Below, in pieces: positions 9,674 through 19,455 of a stretch of 64,000 nucleotides of DNA (its first letter is position 1; each line of letters starts with the position of its first letter). Origin of the DNA: an uncultured Verrucomicrobiota bacterium (GTDB taxonomy: Bacteria; Verrucomicrobiota; Kiritimatiellia; CAIKKV01; CAITUY01); NCBI GenBank assembly GCA_964611575.1, contig CAZTAJ010000004.1:8287-72286 (forward strand), written 5' to 3'. A program made the translations under genes and the position numbers. The notes under the pieces are model-generated. The model was not told the DNA's origin, searched no databases, and saw only the letters and a program-made list of their open reading frames with translations.

Positions 9674-12184
9674 TTACGGGACACTCGTCTCGACCCGTGT
9701 AACCTCTAACTTCTTGAACACCAGCGCCCCATGCCCATCGTGAATCGGAGGGCACGTTGCCACGAGATAGAGCCGGTCGCCCGGCTGCACCTGGATGCCG
9801 TCCACCTGGCCCTGTCCACCCTCCTTGGGCATCAGCTCCCAACGGGCCAGTTCCCGCTGCGGGCGGCTGTGCTCGAGGGTGAGCACAACCGAATTGCGCT
9901 CATTGTCGCTGACCTGGGTCGGATCGAGTTCGAACGACAGGGCTACCTTGCCGGCCACGGGACTCTGCCATGCCAGCACCCGCAGACAGTTTCGGCCCGT
10001 GACCATGCGGAAACGGTACGTCTCGCGCTTCGCCTCGCCCTCGCCTTCCGCCGTCCATTCATGCGTGAACTGCCCGACACGCGAATGGGCGTTCAGCAGG
10101 GGCGTGTTCCACGGGGCGGCAAAAACACAACGTTGCAGCGGCTTGCCCGGCTCCCACCCGAACCGCTCGCAGGGCCAGTAGTTCCCGTCGTGCGCGATGG
10201 GCAGGTTCGTCGAGTATTGATGCAGGTAGTGCCAGACCGGCGTGCCGAACTCATCGACATCCGGATTGAAGCTGCGCCGGCGCGGACCCAGGGTCGCCAT
10301 GAGATCCCACCGGTATCCCGCCGCGTAACGGGCCGTGTTCGTGGGATCGGTCCGGGCCCGATACTCATCCAGGTTGCTCCTGCCGTCGCCGTCCGGATCG
10401 GCATGGGGGTCCGCCGCCCCAACGGCGGGCCAATCCACGATGGACTTTCCGAACCAGTACATCTCGAACCAGTTTGGCAAACCATCGCCATCCTCGTCAC
10501 CGTACTCGCCGCGCAGGATGGGAGCAGCCGGGACCTCGCCGAAGTCTTCCTTCCAATGCCGCAGATCCTCGGTCGAAACACAGACCATGCTGTGCTGTTC
10601 CCGGTAAGGCCGGTCGGTCACGGGCTCTGGGCTGTCCAGGCGGAGTTCGACGCGTGGCATCCCCAGCCCGTTGCGGCGAACCAGTTCCGCCGACACCGGC
10701 CCCACCTTGAGCGGCACCTGTTTCCAGGACAGGCCGGCGGGCGCCTGCCAGGTCTCCGGCCGGCCGGGCAGCCGCACCGTCGCCGGCCGGGTCAGAAGGG
10801 TCAGGACCTCCAGCACGTTGCTCGCATCCCGCCAACGGGCGCGCGTGCCGAAGGGGTAAGTGGCCTGTTGGTGGGCGTACTTCGGATAGGTCAGGTAGAC
10901 CCGGTCGCGGTCCGGTTTGGGCGGTTGCCCCGTCTTCCACCACTGCACGAAATAGGCGTTCAAGTCGAGCAACGCGTAGCGCGTGGTCTCCGTCGGCGCC
11001 AGCATCGTGAGTTCCGTGTAGTCGTTCCAGGTGGTGAACTGGATCAGCGTGGAATCATTGGTGCGTGCCCGCTCCCAACGCTCGCGCATCAGGTCCGTTC
11101 CCGGCCGGATGTGCGCCGCCGACCACAGCACGTTCTCATACTGATACATCATGGGTTCGCCCCACTCGGCGCCTTTCGCAAGAACCGCCTTCGCCATGGC
11201 ATCGTTGCGCGCCACGTTGATGTCCGAGAAATCGCCGATGGAATCGAAGTCCTCAGCCAGCATGCCGGCAGCGTCGATCTCACCCAGCGGCCGTTCCGGT
11301 TTCGGCTCGATGGGAAACCGCGTCCCGTGAAAGAACGCCGACATGCTGAACTGGAAGTACATCGGCGTCTTGAAGCGCTCCTCCAGATAGCGGAATCCGC
11401 TCCGGTACGTGCGCCAGCCTTCCGGCGTGCCGCGGAACGCCGCATAGGCGCCCACTTCCTTGCCTTTCCATTCAGGGCGCTCGGCCCATTGGCGCACCCC
11501 GTCCCCATGGTGAAGCGCCTGCCAGATGGACTGGTACCCGAAGAACAGCACCTTGCCGTCGCGTCGCGCCAGCTTCGGGCTCTTTCCGTGCTCGCGCAGG
11601 AGATACTCGACGACGACGGGATTCTTGCCGGCGTTGTCCAGACACCAGGTGATTTCGAACGGATAGTCGTTGCTTTCCGCCACCTTGAACATGGCATCCA
11701 TGTAGGCGAACGCCCGGTCCTCGGGAAGCGGGAGCACGTCGAAGGCGAACCCATCGATGCCCGCCCGCATCGCGCGCCGGATCTCCAGATCGGCCGACTG
11801 CTCGGCCGTCAGGCTGTCCACGCCGTCCGGCAGCAACGGGCCGGCGCGGCCGCGGCCGCCAAAGGCCCGTTCCATGTCCGGGGAATCATGCCGGATCTTC
11901 GGCGCCTCGTGCTTGATCGCATATCCCGGCGCACTGCCGTACATGCCGACGGGATAGCAGACCATGTAGTGGGCAAAGATCTTCTTCGGGCGCTGGTCCA
12001 ATTTCGCCCGTCGCGCGGCCCAGGGGTCCGCACCCGGCTCGCCCGTCGCCCGCGATATCGCCGGCAGGACGGCCATGGCAAGCAGCAGGAAAAGGCACGC
12101 TGTCTTGACCATCGTCCGGGTTAGCAGCCACGGCATGTGGCCGCCTAAGCCAGCACGAGCAATACGCTTAGTCATGATGGCCAT
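9674..12184 (-). CDS. secreted GH71/GH99-like glycoside hydrolase with TSP type-3 Ca-binding repeats and C-terminal beta-sandwich (paralog 1)
   Basis: The track ORF starts at a TTG (12193). The first ATG is at 12184, and the signal peptide 'MVKTACLFLLLAMAVLPAISRA' begins at 12112. 'IFAHYMVCYP', 'GIDGFAFDV' and 'FTTWNDYTE' resemble the GH71 (and GH99) TIM barrel. 'DEDGDGLPNWFEMYWFG...ADPDGDGRSNLDEY' is a TSP3-type repeat. Confidence 0.65.
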   Translation of the reverse strand: MAIMTKRIARAGLGGHMPWLLTRTMVKTACLFLLLAMAVLPAISRATGEPGADPWAARRAKLDQRPKKIFAHYMVCYPVGMYGSAPGYAIKHEAPKIRHDSPDMERAFGGRGRAGPLLPDGVDSLTAEQSADLEIRRAMRAGIDGFAFDVLPLPEDRAFAYMDAMFKVAESNDYPFEITWCLDNAGKNPVVVEYLLREHGKSPKLARRDGKVLFFGYQSIWQALHHGDGVRQWAERPEWKGKEVGAYAAFRGTPEGWRTYRSGFRYLEERFKTPMYFQFSMSAFFHGTRFPIEPKPERPLGEIDAAGMLAEDFDSIGDFSDINVARNDAMAKAVLAKGAEWGEPMMYQYENVLWSAAHIRPGTDLMRERWERARTNDSTLIQFTTWNDYTELTMLAPTETTRYALLDLNAYFVQWWKTGQPPKPDRDRVYLTYPKYAHQQATYPFGTRARWRDASNVLEVLTLLTRPATVRLPGRPETWQAPAGLSWKQVPLKVGPVSAELVRRNGLGMPRVELRLDSPEPVTDRPYREQHSMVCVSTEDLRHWKEDFGEVPAAPILRGEYGDEDGDGLPNWFEMYWFGKSIVDWPAVGAADPHADPDGDGRSNLDEYRARTDPTNTARYAAGYRWDLMATLGPRRRSFNPDVDEFGTPVWHYLHQYSTNLPIAHDGNYWPCERFGWEPGKPLQRCVFAAPWNTPLLNAHSRVGQFTHEWTAEGEGEAKRETYRFRMVTGRNCLRVLAWQSPVAGKVALSFELDPTQVSDNERNSVVLTLEHSRPQRELARWELMPKEGGQGQVDGIQVQPGDRLYLVATCPPIHDGHGALVFKKLEVTRVETSVP

Positions 12185-12189
12185 AAACC

Positions 12190-13242
12190 TCAATCCTTCC
12201 AGTGGAAGGCTATCGAACTGTACCTCCCGGGTTGCTCTCTGAGATTTGCGTAAGCTTCAGGCGCCTTGCTCACCGGCAAAGGCTCGGCCACAAACTCGGA
12301 CACCGGCAGGAGCCCTCTCCGAATGAAATCCACGACCATCTGCCTGTCCTCAACCTTGCGGTCGTTTGGGCGAAAGACGACGACGCCCTCACGATCTGCG
12401 AGACCGCCCGGATGGGTCTGCACCTCGTCCGTATAGGTGGCGAGATAGACCATGCGCGGCCATTTGAACGGGTTGGCCTGGAGCCCTGGGAGGTGGTAGG
12501 CGATTCCCGCAACGGACTCGACAGGTCTCTTCAGGAGGCTCGAGGCGAGTCTGCAGCCTGCCATCGTGGATGAGGCTTCCACGGAAATGTCGGCGCCGTT
12601 CTCAAAACAACGCAACATCCTCTCCGCAACATGGGGCTCTTTCGCTGAAACCACACCAGCCGCCCCCCATCGGCGCGCCCTCTCAAGACGGGACTCCTCA
12701 AGATCCGTGACCACGACTCTCAGTCCGAGGTTCAGGAGCCACTTGGCGGCGAAAGCGCCGATCAGCCCCTGCCCCACCACGCAGGCCGCCTCACCGGCGC
12801 GCGGGACGGCCATGCTGATCCCGTGCCAACTGATGGCGGCGACTTCCACCGTGACGTAGTGCCACGGGTCGGCGCCGTCGGGCAGGCGGACGGGCGCGCA
12901 GTCCCCCTTGACCACGCATCGGTGGTGGCTGACATGGCCGCCATAGACGCAGTCGACCCCCTCGGGGTTCAAGGAGTCGGGCTGGTTGCGGCCGGAGATC
13001 AGGTCGCCTTCACGCCATCCCTTGACGTTCCTTCCCACCTCGATGATGCGTCCGACATAGGAATAGCCGGGAATGCAGGGAAAGGTCTTGTTGTGCGTTG
13101 AGAGGTTCCTCAACTCGGTGCCGGGCGAGACAAATGAATAAATTGTTTCGCAAAGGATTTCGTCCTCGCCGCAAGGGGCGAGCTCAAACGTCCCGGCGCC
13201 GACTTTGCCGGGGGCTTCATAGACAATCGCTTTGATTCTCAT
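12190..13242 (-). CDS. medium-chain (zinc-type alcohol/sorbitol dehydrogenase-like) oxidoreductase
   Basis: ATG at 13242 with an AAGGAG RBS. It has a GroES-like N-terminus and a Rossmann motif 'VVGQGLIGAFAAKWL...VVVTDLEESR'. Cytoplasmic. Confidence 0.7.
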   Translation of the reverse strand: MRIKAIVYEAPGKVGAGTFELAPCGEDEILCETIYSFVSPGTELRNLSTHNKTFPCIPGYSYVGRIIEVGRNVKGWREGDLISGRNQPDSLNPEGVDCVYGGHVSHHRCVVKGDCAPVRLPDGADPWHYVTVEVAAISWHGISMAVPRAGEAACVVGQGLIGAFAAKWLLNLGLRVVVTDLEESRLERARRWGAAGVVSAKEPHVAERMLRCFENGADISVEASSTMAGCRLASSLLKRPVESVAGIAYHLPGLQANPFKWPRMVYLATYTDEVQTHPGGLADREGVVVFRPNDRKVEDRQMVVDFIRRGLLPVSEFVAEPLPVSKAPEAYANLREQPGRYSSIAFHWKD

Positions 13243-13318
13243 GGTTCATGCTCCTTTCGTCGTGATGACGGCTGTCCGGTTGAGTTTTCGACGCTGTTGA
13301 CTTCAACCCTATCAGCCC

Positions 13319-15457
13319 TTAGTGCCTCATCCAGCCCTCGCCCCACACGGAGACCGTTCCATCGGCGCCGCGGAGCAGGAGTCCGTGCCGGCACTGGCGG
13401 CCGGTCACGCGATGGCCCTCCCATTCGAAATCGGCATCCAGGGGCACGGCGTGGCGCGCGCACAGGGCCAGCAGGCGTTCCTCCCCGCGGGTGTAGGCAA
13501 AGGCGAGAAAGCCGGCCGGCGCGACGGGTTGCACCGGCCACAGAGCCGCGAGCCCGCCCGGAACCTGGGGCAGTTCAGTCGTCACCGTGGTGACGCCGCC
13601 ATGCCGAATGCCGATCGGCCGGCCTTCCCAACAGACGATCGGTTCGCCGCCGCTCAGTTCCCACGCCTTGATGTGATCGGGATAGGTGCGCTCCGGATTG
13701 GATTGCCAGTTCGGCACCATGCGGGCCGGATCCAGGGGCAGGCGGCACCCGGCGATGTCCAGCGCCGCGCCGTAGGGTATCGCCAACGCGGCCTCGCGCG
13801 CGGGCACGGCGCACCCGGCAAGCGCCGCCCAGCGCGCGCTGACATCCGCCCCGGTATCGCTGACCCGCGCCGGCGGCCCGACCAGCATGATCTCGACACC
13901 CCCTGCCGCCGCCCGTTCGAGACCCTCCCAGGCCGCAAGGTCCAGGCGGTTGGGCCACAGCGCCAGGATGCGGCGGAAACGCCCCAGCGGCGTCACCCAG
14001 CGTTCGGTCTCCGCGCGGCCCGCGGCCAGGGTGCCCGGGTCGATAACGGTCACGCCCGCCTGGGCCACGCTCAGCTCCAGCACGCCCATGAGCAGATCAC
14101 GCCGGTGCTGGTGCAGGTAGTTGTCGGAGAAATCGGCCAGCCCGCGCCAGTTGTAGAGGACCGCCGTGTCAGGGTCCGGAACGGCGCCCGCGAGGCGGTC
14201 CAGCAGTTCGCGATGGACATCCAGATGCCGGCCGATGCCCGCCCATGTCGGATGATGCGGATACCCCGGGCCGAACATCATGCTCCCGTGATAGGCGTGC
14301 CCGAGCCAGCGGACGCCCAGACACCCCATCAGCCGCAGGTAGTAGGCCAGATGCGTCGCGGTGGGCCGGAACCCCCAGGAGTTGTTCCACGCGTCGCCAC
14401 TGTCAGACAACTGTCCGAGCGCCCGCGCGAGCATGAGCATCGCGACCATGCTGTCCTCGCGCTCGAAGACCGAATCCGTGAAGCCGGCCGTGACGCCGCG
14501 GTTGTGGCGAAAGTAGTCCACGCTGCCGATGCGGAAGTCGTCGGACAACTCCTCGTGCATGGTGCGGTGGATGCCGACGAAGCACCGCGGGGTACGCGCG
14601 CGCATGCGGGACTTGAAGTCGGTCTCCAGCCGCGCGAGCCGCGACTCCAGCAATTCGGCGAAATCATGGCGCACCTGGCCGCCGTCCCGGTCGAGCCACA
14701 GGTCGGGCAGCCGCGACCGCAGGTCATAGCCGAACCGCGCGGCGAACGCGTCATACAGCAGAGTGCCGATCGGATATGTGTCCCTGAGGAAGTGAAAGCC
14801 GAAATGGGGCTCGTCCCACACCACGCCGTCGGCGCCCAACGCGGTGGCGTCGTCGCACGCCCGGTCGAGGTACTTCCCGAATCCTGGATGTCCGAGATCG
14901 CTGTCGGCATAGGCGAAGCGCCGGCGGAGGACGACAAACAGCTCGCCGTCTTCCAACCCTTCCACGGTCCACGCCTGCCGGGTGACCGCCTGGCCGCGCT
15001 CGCGGGTCATGGCGCAGCCGCCGCCCTCGCTCACCTGAGAGAGCAGCCGGCAGCGCGCGCCGACCGGCTCCAACGCAGGCCACGTCCAGGCATTCTCCAG
15101 CACCTGGCAGGACGGGTCGCCGCTCTCAACCACCAGCTCAAACGTCCCGCCTTTGACGTGCGCCCGGCCATGCGCAAGGGTCTCGGTAAATAGGTCCGGG
15201 TCGGCGTCCAGCATGTCGCCGCCATACCGGCGCAAGCTCGCGTCCACCACCACGGCCAGCCCGAGGCGCCGCGCCTCCGCGCAGATGCGCGCCACCGCCG
15301 CCCGGAACCGCGACGAGCGGTGCGGTGCGCGCGTGTTGCGGAATTCGAGATAGATCGAATCGAAACCGGCCGCCCGAATGTCGGCGAGTCCGCGGACGCT
15401 GATCGACGGGTCGAACGTCTCGGCTTCGGTCATCGCGTAGAACATCATCTGTTTCAT
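13319..15457 (-). CDS. cytoplasmic hypothetical protein, possibly a TIM-barrel glycosidase/phosphorylase-like enzyme
   Basis: 712-aa ORF with no signal peptide. 'AAGFDSIYLEFRN...LGLAVVVDASL' and 'GADGVVWDEPHFGF' suggest a (beta/alpha)8 glycosidase-like fold. The family could not be assigned by eye. Confidence 0.5.
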   Translation of the reverse strand: MKQMMFYAMTEAETFDPSISVRGLADIRAAGFDSIYLEFRNTRAPHRSSRFRAAVARICAEARRLGLAVVVDASLRRYGGDMLDADPDLFTETLAHGRAHVKGGTFELVVESGDPSCQVLENAWTWPALEPVGARCRLLSQVSEGGGCAMTRERGQAVTRQAWTVEGLEDGELFVVLRRRFAYADSDLGHPGFGKYLDRACDDATALGADGVVWDEPHFGFHFLRDTYPIGTLLYDAFAARFGYDLRSRLPDLWLDRDGGQVRHDFAELLESRLARLETDFKSRMRARTPRCFVGIHRTMHEELSDDFRIGSVDYFRHNRGVTAGFTDSVFEREDSMVAMLMLARALGQLSDSGDAWNNSWGFRPTATHLAYYLRLMGCLGVRWLGHAYHGSMMFGPGYPHHPTWAGIGRHLDVHRELLDRLAGAVPDPDTAVLYNWRGLADFSDNYLHQHRRDLLMGVLELSVAQAGVTVIDPGTLAAGRAETERWVTPLGRFRRILALWPNRLDLAAWEGLERAAAGGVEIMLVGPPARVSDTGADVSARWAALAGCAVPAREAALAIPYGAALDIAGCRLPLDPARMVPNWQSNPERTYPDHIKAWELSGGEPIVCWEGRPIGIRHGGVTTVTTELPQVPGGLAALWPVQPVAPAGFLAFAYTRGEERLLALCARHAVPLDADFEWEGHRVTGRQCRHGLLLRGADGTVSVWGEGWMRH

Positions 15458-15496
15458 GGTTGGCTCAAACCGAATAGGGGGATATCGTGAACTGGC

Positions 15497-17992
15497 TTAT
15501 TCCGCGGGCTTGATTTCCGTGAGTTCGACCGAGAGCTTGCGGAAGATTAACGACGCATGCTGGTCGTATTGCGGCGGCACAGTGGCCACCAGGTAGATCC
15601 GGTCCTTCGGCTTGACCTGGATACCCCCGACCGTTCCTTCGCCGCCTTGCTTTGGAATGAAATCCCAGCGGGCCAATTCGCGCTGCGGGCGGCTGTGTTC
15701 GAGCGTGACGATCACCGGGTTGTTTCCATTGTGGAAGCCGCTGTCGATGACTTCGGAACCATCCGTTTTCCATGTGACTTTCACGGTTCCGGCGACAGGA
15801 CTTTCCCAAGCCAAAGCCCGGAGACAATTCCTTCCAGTTTGCAGCGTGAAACGATACCTCTGCCGCTTGCCCTCCCCTTCTCCCTCCGTGCGCCATTCGT
15901 GGACGAACTCGCCGCAGCGGGCGTGGGGCGACGGCACGTTGTACCAGGCAGCGAAGGTGCAGCGCTGCACGGAGTCGCTCTGTTCCCATCCATAGCGTTC
16001 GCAGGGCCAGTAGTTGCCGTCGTGCGCCAGGGGCAGTTCCATCGCGTACTTGTGCAGGTAATGCCAGACCGGCGTATCGAACTCGTCACGATCGGGGTTG
16101 ACGGCCGGCGGGCCTTTGCGCTTCAACAGATCCCAGGTGTATCCGGGAGCATGCTTCGCGGCGACTTTGGGATTTGATTGGTTCTGGAACTCCTGCAGGT
16201 TGCTCAGCCCGTCGCCGTCGGGATCCGCCTTCGGATCGGCGCCCGTGGCTGCCGACCAGTCCGCAAGCGACTTCCCGAACCAGTACATCTCGAACCAGTT
16301 GGGCAGGCCGTCGCCGTCCAGGTCGCCGTATTCCCCGCGCTGGATTGGCGCGGGCGATGTCTCGCCAAAGTCGGCCCGCCAGTGCCGCAGGTCCTCGGTC
16401 GAGGCGCAGACCATGCTGTGCTGGTCGCGGTAGGGCCTGTCCGTCACGGGTTCGGGACTGTCGAAGCGCAGGTCCACCTTCGGGATGCCGATCCAGTTGC
16501 GGCGGACGAGCTCGGCCGAGACCAGACCCGGCCGCAACGGCACTTGCTTCCAGGAAAGGCCCGCAGGCGCCGCCCAGGTCTCCGTCCGCCCCGGCAAGCG
16601 CACCGTCGCCGGCTTGGTCAGCCACGTCGCGACTTCCAGGACATTCTTCTGCTCACGCCAGGGAGCCCGCGTGCCGAACGGATAGGTGGACAATTCATGC
16701 GCATACTTGGGATAGACGAAATAGATGCGGTCATGATCCGTCTGCGGAGGCGTGCCGGTTTTCCACCACTGGGTGAAATAGGAGGTGAGGTCCAAAATCC
16801 CATAGCGGGTGTCGGTGGTCGGCGCGAGCTGGGTCAGCTCGGTGTAGTCGTTCCAGGTCCAGAACTGGAGGAGCGTCGATTGGTTCTTTCGCGCCTGTTC
16901 CCAGGACTCCCGCATCATATCGGTGCCGGGGCGGATGGTGCGGCTGTTCCAGCGAATGCTCTCGAACTGATACATGACCGGCTGCACCCATTCGGCGCCC
17001 TTGGACCGGACCGCCTGCGCCATGGCGGCCGCGTTCGTGCCGACATCGCCGGCCAGATTGCAGCCGACGGCATCGAACGACTCCGCGAGCACGCCGACGG
17101 CGTCGGTCAGGGTGAAGGGGCGTTCCGGCGGCGGCTCGATCGGATGCTGCGTGCCGTGGCCGAAGGCGCCCATGTCGAAATGGAAGTACATCGGGGTCTT
17201 GAACTTCTCCTCGAGGAAGGTGAAGCCGCTGCGATACGTGCGCCAGCCGTCCGGCGTCATGCGGAAGGCCGCGTAGGTGCCGATCTCCTTGTCCTTCCAT
17301 TCCGGCCGCTGGGACCATTCCTTGACGCCGGTGCCGTGGTGGAGGGCCTGGAAGACGGAGAAATAGCCCATGAGCAGGAACTTGCCGTCCCGGCGGGCCA
17401 ACTTCGGGCTCTTGCCGTGCTTCTGAAGAATGTATTCGACGACGTCGGGATTATCCCCTGCGTTGTCCAAACACCAGGTGATCTCGAACGGGTAGTCTTT
17501 TTCCTCCGCCACCTTGAACAATGCGTCCATGAAGGCGAAGGCCTTGTCCTTGCTGGCTGGCAGCACGTCGAAGGCGAAGCCGTCGATGCCGGCCCGCAGT
17601 GCGCGACGGATTTCCAGATCGGCGGACTCCTCGATGCTCGGGCCGTCGATGCCGTCCGGCAGCAACGGATAGCCGCGGGAGAGACCGCCGAGCGTATAGC
17701 CGGCAAACCCGTTCGAAGGATCGGTCGAATCGTGACGGATTTTGGGCGCCTCGTGGCCAAAGGCATAGCCCGGCCTGATGCCGTCCCGCCCGATCGGATA
17801 GCAGACCATATAGTGGGCATAGACCTTCTTCGGACGCTCGTCGAGCTTGGCCCGCCGCGCCGCCCACGGATCAGCCGCCTGCTCTCCGCCGGTGGCCGCG
17901 CACAGGACCCCGCCCAGCCAGGCGCCGAACAGCAGAACACTCATCCCTTGCGTGTGCACCCGCTTTTCTTGTCGTGTGGTTCGTGTCATCAT
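15497..17992 (-). CDS. secreted GH71/GH99-like glycoside hydrolase with TSP3 repeats (paralog 2)
   Basis: Collinear with paralog 1 ('VYAHYMVCYP', 'GIDGFAFDV', 'FWTWNDYTE', 'DLDGDGLPNWFEMYWFG...DPDGDGLSNLQEF'). The ATGATGA overlap with the upstream gene's stop indicates translational coupling. Confidence 0.65.
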   Translation of the reverse strand: MMTRTTRQEKRVHTQGMSVLLFGAWLGGVLCAATGGEQAADPWAARRAKLDERPKKVYAHYMVCYPIGRDGIRPGYAFGHEAPKIRHDSTDPSNGFAGYTLGGLSRGYPLLPDGIDGPSIEESADLEIRRALRAGIDGFAFDVLPASKDKAFAFMDALFKVAEEKDYPFEITWCLDNAGDNPDVVEYILQKHGKSPKLARRDGKFLLMGYFSVFQALHHGTGVKEWSQRPEWKDKEIGTYAAFRMTPDGWRTYRSGFTFLEEKFKTPMYFHFDMGAFGHGTQHPIEPPPERPFTLTDAVGVLAESFDAVGCNLAGDVGTNAAAMAQAVRSKGAEWVQPVMYQFESIRWNSRTIRPGTDMMRESWEQARKNQSTLLQFWTWNDYTELTQLAPTTDTRYGILDLTSYFTQWWKTGTPPQTDHDRIYFVYPKYAHELSTYPFGTRAPWREQKNVLEVATWLTKPATVRLPGRTETWAAPAGLSWKQVPLRPGLVSAELVRRNWIGIPKVDLRFDSPEPVTDRPYRDQHSMVCASTEDLRHWRADFGETSPAPIQRGEYGDLDGDGLPNWFEMYWFGKSLADWSAATGADPKADPDGDGLSNLQEFQNQSNPKVAAKHAPGYTWDLLKRKGPPAVNPDRDEFDTPVWHYLHKYAMELPLAHDGNYWPCERYGWEQSDSVQRCTFAAWYNVPSPHARCGEFVHEWRTEGEGEGKRQRYRFTLQTGRNCLRALAWESPVAGTVKVTWKTDGSEVIDSGFHNGNNPVIVTLEHSRPQRELARWDFIPKQGGEGTVGGIQVKPKDRIYLVATVPPQYDQHASLIFRKLSVELTEIKPAE

Positions 17993-19455
17993 TCGATTGG
18001 ACTCCAGCCGGTGAACTCCTTGACCTTCGCGCCGAATTCCCCCTGCGCGCGCAGGGGCGAATCCTGGGGCAATTCATAGAGCGGCCCTTCCAGGAGGAGC
18101 GACGACTCGACGATGTTGCCCGTCACGGTGGCGCTGTTGGTTTGGGCGAACGCCTCCCACTGTGCCGCCCCAACCCGTCCGCCCCCCCAATCGAGCGTAC
18201 CCAGGCCGACGACGTTCTTCGTCAGCTTCACGCGGCCGACGGCCTCCTTGGCAACCCACACGGGCACCCTGTTGCTGACCAGCAGGCAGTTCTCGATCAT
18301 GGCCCCGTCCGAAATCGCAATCCCCTGTCCGGCGCCAACCACCGTGCAGCGCACGATCCGCCCCTTGCGGAGTGAGATGCCCCCCCCCTTCCCCCGCACC
18401 AGGCAGTTCTCCAGCTCGACGTTATGGCCGCCCACTTGGCCGCCATCGTTGTCGATGAACTGCGAGCCGCGGCAACTGTGAAAGGAGCCCTGGAACGCGG
18501 CCCCGCCGATAAGATTCCGGCGCACGACGATGTTGCGGTAGATGCTGACGCAGGACATGACATCGACGATGCCCATCCCGCCGTTCCGCTCGAACAGGCC
18601 CCCGTCCACGATCGTCACGCCGTTGCCGTGCATCGTGAAACCCTGGTCGCAATTGAACGATCCTTCGACGTTTTCATACACGTCTCCGTAACCCCAGAAT
18701 CCGGAAAATCCGTCGGCCTGCGAATAGATCGAGCGAAGATTGCGCACCACCACATAGTCGGTATCGACGAACACGCCCCCGTTGAGCGGCATCTCGATGG
18801 TGAGTTCCTCCAGCCTGGCTCCGGCCGGCAGACGAAAATACACCTGCCTCGAGGGGCCGTTGGTTCCCATGGTGTCGTAGAAGAATCCGCCCGGCGGAAG
18901 CGCTTCGAGCGTGAGCACATTCGCGCCGGGCTTGCCGTTCACGAAAAATATCTCCGGCGCCTCGGGTTTGGTGAACCAGCCGCTGTGACTGAGGAACCCC
19001 AGCCAGTTGCTGTGCGGCATGGGGCCCGGCTTGCCGTCGGGCAGCATGTTCTTGAACCAGTAAATGTCATCCTTCAGCCGTGTCCAGCGCTCCGCGGGCA
19101 CCTCAAGCAGGCCAGATACCGTGGCGCCGTGGCCGTCGATCACAAACGGGGCGCCGGGAGTGCCGCGCGCGTTGTGCTCCACCCGCACATACTCACGGTA
19201 ATCCATGCCGGTATTCGCGATCTCGATGTGGGCGCTGACCGGCGCCATGCTGACCGCCTTCATGATCGTGGCGAACGGCCCGGCCTTTCCGTCCGCCGCC
19301 GGCTCCGCCGCCCGGCCGTCGAACGTGTCATTACCCGTCCGGTTGTTCACGTACAGCGTTACGGGCGGCGCAACGGCGGCCCCGGCCGCGAGCGCACCCA
19401 TTAGTCCCATGGCCAAGCTCCAACTCACCATTGTCTTTCGCATTGTTCTGCTCAT
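17989..19455 (-). CDS. secreted right-handed parallel beta-helix protein (pectate-lyase fold, DUF1565-like)
   Basis: Signal peptide 'WSLAMGLMGALAAGAAVA', then 'TLYVNNRTGNDTFDG...PFATIMKAV', typical of beta-helix proteins. Repeated 'N..V' rungs follow. ATGA overlaps occur at both ends. Confidence 0.65.
   Translation of the reverse strand: MSRTMRKTMVSWSLAMGLMGALAAGAAVAPPVTLYVNNRTGNDTFDGRAAEPAADGKAGPFATIMKAVSMAPVSAHIEIANTGMDYREYVRVEHNARGTPGAPFVIDGHGATVSGLLEVPAERWTRLKDDIYWFKNMLPDGKPGPMPHSNWLGFLSHSGWFTKPEAPEIFFVNGKPGANVLTLEALPPGGFFYDTMGTNGPSRQVYFRLPAGARLEELTIEMPLNGGVFVDTDYVVVRNLRSIYSQADGFSGFWGYGDVYENVEGSFNCDQGFTMHGNGVTIVDGGLFERNGGMGIVDVMSCVSIYRNIVVRRNLIGGAAFQGSFHSCRGSQFIDNDGGQVGGHNVELENCLVRGKGGGISLRKGRIVRCTVVGAGQGIAISDGAMIENCLLVSNRVPVWVAKEAVGRVKLTKNVVGLGTLDWGGGRVGAAQWEAFAQTNSATVTGNIVESSLLLEGPLYELPQDSPLRAQGEFGAKVKEFTGWSPIE

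Noticed and set aside
9731-12124. 797-aa plus-strand ORF, and similar long ORFs at 13322-15193, 16178-18079, 19734-21233, 24963-26243, 27018-29426, 33020-34600, 35663-37477, 46342-48387, 49475-50893, 53707-55698 and 42670-43701 (minus).
   Set aside because: All lie antisense to genes with recognisable motifs such as pgk, gap, argH, tcdA and the GH domains. They have Arg/Gly/Pro/His-rich low-complexity translations typical of stop-poor antisense frames in high-GC DNA, and they have no RBS or sensible starts.
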